Shown here: positions 58,572 to 64,000 of the stretch, one piece after another
Layout of the letters: each line of letters opens with the position of its first letter
Numbering within the stretch: the first letter of the stretch is position 1
From: Candidatus Curtissbacteria bacterium
Lineage (GTDB): Bacteria > Patescibacteriota > Microgenomatia > Curtissbacterales > GWA2-41-24
Length of the DNA: 64,000 bases
Assembly (NCBI GenBank): GCA_038326365.1
Contig: JBBQJY010000001.1
Span: 12,128 to 76,127, forward strand
Reading direction: 5' to 3'
Program-made: the position numbers and the translations under genes
The notes under the pieces: model-generated
Databases searched by the model: none
What the model saw: the letters and a program-made list of their open reading frames with translations, nothing else
Told to the model about the DNA's origin: nothing

Positions 58572-59582
58572 CTATTGCAAATAACGAAGAACCTGGTGAG
58601 GCAAAATATGACTTCCATAGATCACCAAAAAAACAATTAGGCCCCAAGCAACAACCGCACTAAGTAACGGAGCATCACTAAGTAAAACTCTTTCGGGAGA
58701 TTCGCCTTCGCGTTTTTCATAAATTACGTATAAATATCGCATGACACCATAAATCACAAATGGTACGGAAGCCATCAGCCACTTAGACGCCAAAAATGTT
58801 CTAGGCAAAAAATCACCAAATAAATTTAAAACTTGAGGCCCAGCAGAAGGAGGGGGCTGCAAAAAAGTAAACATGGTGTACGAAAACCAGCAAGCAGTAG
58901 CAAACATAACGGTGAGAGCATCAAGAAGATTTTCTGGGTATTTTGCCAAGATTTCTCTAGTGTTCATACCCTCTTTGCCAGCGCCAATAAGAAGCGTACG
59001 TTCACTTCTTCTTTTACCAATAGCCAAAAAAAGAGCCAAAGAAGCAACGGTGAGCATGAACCAGACTGTAACGTGTGCATCAATTAAAACTGCCCCAGCA
59101 TAAACTCTCAACAAAAAACCAGACGCGATCGCCAAAATATCCAAAAGCATGTACGATCTCAAAAACAACGAATACACAATTTGCAATCCGATATATATAA
59201 CCGCGGCCCACATAAAAAATGGCAAAAGTGAGCTTGCCAAAATCAGTGCCACGCAAAGAATAAAGGTAGCCCAAATAAGAGCGATATAAGGATTAATTCT
59301 GCCTGCCGCGATAGGCCTCTTACTTTTAAATGGATGTGATATGTCGCGTTTTCGGTCAATTACATCATTAATAATGTAAATACCAGAAGTAATAAGACAA
59401 AAGATAAAAAATCCGAGGGTAGTTAAAAAGAACTTCTCGTTATTAAAAAAAGATCCTTCGAAAACAAGCGGACCAAATAAGGCTAGATTCTTAAGCCACT
59501 GCCTTGGCCTAGATGATACAAATATCCAAAAGGGTAGCCAAATTATTTCCGGACCACGTTTTGTAAATTGATATTTAACCAT
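58572..59582 (-). CDS. UbiA-family prenyltransferase (decaprenyl-phosphate phosphoribosyltransferase-like)
   Basis: RPRQWLKNL, YIINDVIDRKRDISHPFKSKRPIAAG, FLLRV, KRRSE and GESPE. Confidence 0.88.
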   Translation of the reverse strand: MVKYQFTKRGPEIIWLPFWIFVSSRPRQWLKNLALFGPLVFEGSFFNNEKFFLTTLGFFIFCLITSGIYIINDVIDRKRDISHPFKSKRPIAAGRINPYIALIWATFILCVALILASSLLPFFMWAAVIYIGLQIVYSLFLRSYMLLDILAIASGFLLRVYAGAVLIDAHVTVWFMLTVASLALFLAIGKRRSERTLLIGAGKEGMNTREILAKYPENLLDALTVMFATACWFSYTMFTFLQPPPSAGPQVLNLFGDFLPRTFLASKWLMASVPFVIYGVMRYLYVIYEKREGESPERVLLSDAPLLSAVVAWGLIVFLVIYGSHILPHQVLRYLQ

Positions 59583-60625
59583 ACGAGTACACCTAAGACT
59601 ATTATAGCGACAAATAGCGCCGCAAATACTTTACCCTCCGCAGGTAGTGCAAGAGCAATCGCGCCTAAAATAGCACACAAAAGCCAATAAAACAAGGAAA
59701 CCTGGGTTTGGGTGAGACCCATTTCAAGAAGTCTATGGTGAAGATGTTTTTTATCTCCCAAAAAAGGCGATTGGCCCAGAGCGATCCTGCGCAGGACAGT
59801 AAAAACACCATCAACCAAAGGCACTGCCATTACCAAGAGTGCAGTTCCGACTTTTGCTCCCGAAAGTATCGCCAAAACTGCAATTAGATATCCTAAAAAA
59901 TAAGACCCAGAGTCTCCAGGAAAAATTCTAGCCGGATTAACATTATTAATTAAAAAAGCCAGAGTGGCGCCCGCGCCTATAACGGAAAGTTTAGTTACGA
60001 TACTTTGCCCAGGATCTGCGCCAAACCTTAAAGAAGCAGCAAATATTACAAACAAAGTAATTAGTGAAATTCCACCCAATTGTCCGTCGACCCCGGAGGA
60101 AAAATTAACCATGTTGATAACCCAAACTATCCAAAAAATTGCAAAAAGATCTGCCAAAATCAATATGGAATGAGTACCAAAGAATTGAAAAGCTACTCTT
60201 ATAACATCGAGACGAATAATTGGATCAATGCCAGTGCCAAATATTGAAAAGGGATTAGCAATAAACGTAATGCCTATTCCCGAAAGAACTACTAAAACAG
60301 CCGCTACAATTTGTGCTAAAAATTTCTGCCAGGCTCTAAGATCATATTTATCGTCAATCAGACCGACGATTGTGACCACGATCGCTCCTAAGAAAATACC
60401 TAGCAACTTTTTAGAAAACGGAACAAAGGTAAACGAGGCTATTAAAAATGAAAGAAAAATTGCTAGTCCGCCAGCACGAGGAATTATCCTTGTGTGCAAA
60501 ATTGCCGGATGAGTTCTTTTTTTTGGATTATCAACAAAGCCATATTTTTTTGCAAAAAAAATGGTTAATTGAACTAAAACATAGCCCAAGATAAAAGCAA
60601 AAGTAAAAGCGAAAAATGAACTCAT
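59543..60625 (-). CDS. Glycosyltransferase family 4 (WecA/TagO/MraY-like polyprenyl-phosphate GlcNAc-1-P transferase)
   Basis: PRAGGLAI, GLIDDK, NMVNF..GVDG, PARIFPGDSGS and DKKHLHHRL. Confidence 0.92.
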   Translation of the reverse strand: MSSFFAFTFAFILGYVLVQLTIFFAKKYGFVDNPKKRTHPAILHTRIIPRAGGLAIFLSFLIASFTFVPFSKKLLGIFLGAIVVTIVGLIDDKYDLRAWQKFLAQIVAAVLVVLSGIGITFIANPFSIFGTGIDPIIRLDVIRVAFQFFGTHSILILADLFAIFWIVWVINMVNFSSGVDGQLGGISLITLFVIFAASLRFGADPGQSIVTKLSVIGAGATLAFLINNVNPARIFPGDSGSYFLGYLIAVLAILSGAKVGTALLVMAVPLVDGVFTVLRRIALGQSPFLGDKKHLHHRLLEMGLTQTQVSLFYWLLCAILGAIALALPAEGKVFAALFVAIIVLGVLVWLNINLQNVVRK

Positions 60626-61047
60626 GTGAGTAAGGTAATTATTTTGACCACACCGTAAAAAGTGCAAAAACCGACAATTAGGCTTCCGGCTGTCAGAACG
60701 CGGCTCAAAAACTTGTCCTTTTTAAGGCCAATTACAAAAACAGCATTTATTAAAAATGAAACCAATGCAAGCGCAGGAATGAGCAGAATAAAAAATGTTT
60801 TCCCTAAAATGGCTTGGCCCCAAGGTTTGGACCAAAAAATAGGAATGTCGGGAGGTAATTTATGCCAAAATATAGCAATCAGCAAAATCTGTGCCAGTAA
60901 AAAAAGGAAACAGGCAATAAGTACCCAAAAATTAAACTTATCTCGGAAAAAATCATCGCGGACTTCCTCGCTAAAAGCAAACTTACCGGCTACCGTTCCA
61001 AAAGCGTCATTTTTGAGGGGATTAACATCTTTCTTGCCAGCGGTCAT
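60622..61047 (-). CDS. Small membrane protein (DUF1648-like)
   Basis: Three TM helices and LPPDIPIFWSKPWG. Confidence 0.6.
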   Translation of the reverse strand: MTAGKKDVNPLKNDAFGTVAGKFAFSEEVRDDFFRDKFNFWVLIACFLFLLAQILLIAIFWHKLPPDIPIFWSKPWGQAILGKTFFILLIPALALVSFLINAVFVIGLKKDKFLSRVLTAGSLIVGFCTFYGVVKIITLLT

Positions 61048-61052
61048 AAGAA

Positions 61053-62549
61053 TTACTTTTCACTTCTCAATGTATAAACTTCGGCAGTATCAACACGAGC
61101 TTGCAAAGTATACTTTAGAGCTAAAAGATTCTCAAGGTCAGCAAAATAACCAGCAGATTTTTGTGGTTTGATGATAAACTTTGGCGAATTATTAAAAAGG
61201 TTAGAACTTACCTCAGTATAGCCGGTCGGGACTTCGCCTACATGAAAAGATGTCACATATCGAGAAGGACTATGCGCGTCGTCGATTGCATAAAGCCAAG
61301 CGTAGTCTCCCCAAATATAAACCGAACTCCCATAGCCACCATTTAGTTTCAATGAATCCGCGAGTCCCATGAGCGTATTCACATCACGATCAAAAAAATT
61401 ATTGTAATCATCGACCGTTTTTTTACCTTGAGCATATTGCAGAAAATTTTGCCACCATTTAACTTGATTTATAGGACCTCCTGAAAGAAAATTGGAGAAC
61501 AAAAAATTCGTCAAAAAGATTATTGGTACAACAAAAACAACAATGAAAATCAATCTTGCTGCACTAAACTTTATGGACCTTAAATCTAATCTCGTGGTTG
61601 CCAAAAGCAATGAAATTGCCGGAGCCGTTTGTATTAGATAATGGCCATAAGTACGTCCGCTAAAGTAACTACCTAAAAAAGAAAACCCTCCCCAGAGCAA
61701 AAACAAGTGAAAGTAATAGACCTCAACACCCCTCAGTTTTTTAAAGAGTCCGTATAAAAAAGCACTTGTTACAGGTAAATATTTTGCAATGTTAATAAGA
61801 AGTGCATATTGTGGACTGTCCCCAAGGTAAATTTTGTAATACAGGTATGCACCAAATATGTATTCACGAACAATCCCTTTTGAAGCAAAGTACAAAATCG
61901 TTACAAGGTAAGGCACCATAAATCCGACAGTTAATACAAAACCTCGCTTTATGAATTCAACAAATTTACCACCATTTAAAAAAAGATAAAGTCCCAAAGC
62001 ACCTGCTTCAAAAGCTCCTACCTGTTTATATAGTGAGGCTATTGCAAACAAAAATCCGGACGCCAGGAGAGCCGAGAACGCAAAGTTCCGCCTTATGGCA
62101 ATATACATAGCAAGAGAAATCGGCAGTATCATATAAATTTCAGTCAAAGCTAAGTTTCCTTCTATCAGCCTCAAAGAAGTAAGAACTCCAAAAATTAAAG
62201 TTGCCAAAATAGCCCGATGACGTCCGAATGTTACTCGCCCAATTTCGTAAATTGTCGCTGCGGTTGCCAAAACAACGACGGCTGTTACCAACCTCAACCA
62301 AAACATGGAAACACCAAAAACAGAGAATATTCCTGCATAGGTCAAATAAATCATCGGGGGTTTGTTATCCCACGTTTGTTGATAAAGAACAGCACCATGG
62401 GTCATAGCTTTGGCGACCGCTGCGAATATTCCTTCATCCCCATACCAAAAAGGTTCGTAAAGCGAAGGAAACCTCAAAATAAAAACTAAAATCAGGACGA
62501 AAAAAAACAGTAAATGATGACGCTCCAGCTGTGCAAATATTCTTTTCAT
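61053..62549 (-). CDS. GT-C (family 39/ArnT-like) membrane glycosyltransferase
   Basis: LRFPSLYEPFWYGDEGIF, WDNKPP and many TM helices. Confidence 0.85.
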   Translation of the reverse strand: MKRIFAQLERHHLLFFFVLILVFILRFPSLYEPFWYGDEGIFAAVAKAMTHGAVLYQQTWDNKPPMIYLTYAGIFSVFGVSMFWLRLVTAVVVLATAATIYEIGRVTFGRHRAILATLIFGVLTSLRLIEGNLALTEIYMILPISLAMYIAIRRNFAFSALLASGFLFAIASLYKQVGAFEAGALGLYLFLNGGKFVEFIKRGFVLTVGFMVPYLVTILYFASKGIVREYIFGAYLYYKIYLGDSPQYALLINIAKYLPVTSAFLYGLFKKLRGVEVYYFHLFLLWGGFSFLGSYFSGRTYGHYLIQTAPAISLLLATTRLDLRSIKFSAARLIFIVVFVVPIIFLTNFLFSNFLSGGPINQVKWWQNFLQYAQGKKTVDDYNNFFDRDVNTLMGLADSLKLNGGYGSSVYIWGDYAWLYAIDDAHSPSRYVTSFHVGEVPTGYTEVSSNLFNNSPKFIIKPQKSAGYFADLENLLALKYTLQARVDTAEVYTLRSEK

Positions 62550-63874
62550 TATTTTCTGTTAATTTGAATATCGCCTGAGTTACTTCTGACTGCTTCGAAA
62601 TGGTCACCCACAACGTTATTGCTGACGGTAACAACTTTATTCTGAGAATAAGTGTCAAGTAGACTTTTACCCGAAGACTGTACCAGCCCTTCGCTGGAAA
62701 CTATTAGATCATTGGAAATCTTATTTTGATTTCTGTAATAAAGCACTTCGGCAAAAGACGGCAAGTTGGTAACTATTTTATCGCTCGCAGTTATTTTACC
62801 CACAATTTCTTGGCGATAAGCTTCGCGAAAAGAGTAAGGCTCACTTTTAAAAGTCCCAAGATCAATAATTCCCGATAAAGCAATAATTAGAATGATACAT
62901 AAGGCACCCAGCTGTCTCGGCAATTTTTGGGCGCTATAAACCATAACCATTGAAAGTGGTATTGAGGAACCAATCAGGTATCTCCAAAAGAAAATTGGCC
63001 TGAATGGTACTTTAAAAATACCCACCCTAAGTCCTGGCAATGTAGCCAGGATAAATGGCACCACAGCCCACAGCCATATCAAAAGGTATGGTTTTTCAAA
63101 TTTATGACGCATGGCGTGCTGAATGATGCCGACAACTAATAGCACAATTGCCAAACCAAATAATAAATCTCTAGATATACTTTGCTGCTCGCCCCCAAGA
63201 ATTCTCAGTAGCGCTTCGAAATGTGTTCGCCGCCAGTCATTGGGACTTATCCAGTAACTGCCATTTACAGAGGTAAGCTGAGAAACTAGAGCACGTAACC
63301 AGGGTAGGTAAAAAATAGCATCGACAATATAAAGACCCAAAACTCGAATAAAAATACCGCGATCAAATAAAACTATGTATAAAAATTCAGCTGCTAAAAC
63401 AAAAAACATATAGTAATGGGTATAAATTCCCAAAAGTGAAAAAGCCGCAAAAAATACGGCCCTGGGTTTTGTAAATTTTTTGGAAAGCTCAATTAGATAA
63501 AAAATAGATCCGGTTGCAGCGAACGCAAACATCGTGTAATTTCTTGCTTCAAAAGCGTATTTAAAAATAATCGGATTGAGACCAACGACTAGGACTGTGG
63601 CCGTAGCAATCCGATGTCCTAGTACATAGCGAGCAAGCTTATAAATCATTAAAAGTGATAGCAGGTAAAATGCAATCGAAATTAGTCTGGTGTTGACTTC
63701 CGTTGCGGGTAAAAATTTATAGAGCAAGCCAACAATTGTGTAATATCCAGGGGGATGAAAATCCCCAGCTGTTGTTTTGAGCATCTGGAGATAGGGTAAC
63801 TGTGAGATTAGGGAAGTCCAGGCTTCATCGCCCCAAAAGCCTCGTGTCAAGTAGTTATGGGCAAGATAAAACAC
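62549..63874 (-). CDS. GT-C (family 39/PMT-like) membrane glycosyltransferase
   Basis: FWGDEAWT, DFHPPGYY, EARNY and YTHY. Confidence 0.85.
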   Translation of the reverse strand: MFYLAHNYLTRGFWGDEAWTSLISQLPYLQMLKTTAGDFHPPGYYTIVGLLYKFLPATEVNTRLISIAFYLLSLLMIYKLARYVLGHRIATATVLVVGLNPIIFKYAFEARNYTMFAFAATGSIFYLIELSKKFTKPRAVFFAAFSLLGIYTHYYMFFVLAAEFLYIVLFDRGIFIRVLGLYIVDAIFYLPWLRALVSQLTSVNGSYWISPNDWRRTHFEALLRILGGEQQSISRDLLFGLAIVLLVVGIIQHAMRHKFEKPYLLIWLWAVVPFILATLPGLRVGIFKVPFRPIFFWRYLIGSSIPLSMVMVYSAQKLPRQLGALCIILIIALSGIIDLGTFKSEPYSFREAYRQEIVGKITASDKIVTNLPSFAEVLYYRNQNKISNDLIVSSEGLVQSSGKSLLDTYSQNKVVTVSNNVVGDHFEAVRSNSGDIQINRK

Positions 63875-63918
63875 TTTAAGCTAAGTATAGTCAAGAAGGT
63901 CGAAGAAGACAATTAGAA

Positions 63919-64000
63919 CTAGTCAAAGTTCCCCATTGTTAATTCGCGACGCCAGTCCTCGTATCTTTGTACTAAATTAATGTCTCCCAAAGCGTATGCG
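63919..64000 (-). CDS. Possible 3' end of a gene entering from the right edge
   Basis: Open frame ...AYALGDINLVQRYEDWRRELTMGNFD-stop. Too short to identify. Confidence 0.35.
   Translation of the reverse strand, partial: AYALGDINLVQRYEDWRRELTMGNFD

Noticed and set aside
245-63000. Numerous 60-190 aa ORFs antisense to or overlapping confident genes (e.g. 38872-39432, 49669-50184, 52861-53298)
   Set aside because: Shadow ORFs of well-supported genes, with atypical composition and no motifs.
1-64000. Alternative genetic code (UGA as Gly), tRNA or rRNA genes
   Set aside because: TGA terminates well-defined genes such as rpmH, dnaN, pyrG and groEL at the expected lengths. No tRNA cloverleaf or rRNA signature was seen in the intergenic regions.

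Overview
This 64 kb window is bacterial chromosome using the standard genetic code. The gene content points to Patescibacteria/CPR, most likely a Microgenomates-type lineage (inference): tandem VirB2-like pilins, PrgI, a short VirB4, DUF4012, DUF5654, PEGA and DUF192 proteins, a short ValS, and few Shine-Dalgarno sites. The left part (about 2.7-27 kb) is a chromosomal type IV secretion-like locus. It holds six tandem pilins, a 1206-aa repeat protein with a lytic transglycosylase-like tail, a VirB6-like protein, VirB4, PrgI, a glycine-zipper M23 peptidase and an ATPase-winged-helix regulator. The centre holds dciA-dnaN-dnaA, a candidate oriC and rpmH-rnpA-yidD-yidC-khpB. The right part holds glycan genes, rplY, valS, tsaD, a csrA-like gene, pyrG, groES-groEL and membrane glycosyltransferases. 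Four observations stand out. (1) A cobalamin-riboswitch-like RNA with a terminator/anti-SD hairpin precedes an unknown Zn-ribbon protein inside the secretion locus. (2) One beta-sandwich module appears to be shared by a pilin, the large repeat protein and VirB6. (3) pyrG has a GGGC-start attenuator resembling the Firmicutes CTP-sensing mechanism. (4) The candidate origin has DnaA-trios and non-canonical DnaA boxes. All assignments come from motif recognition by eye, and no searches were run.
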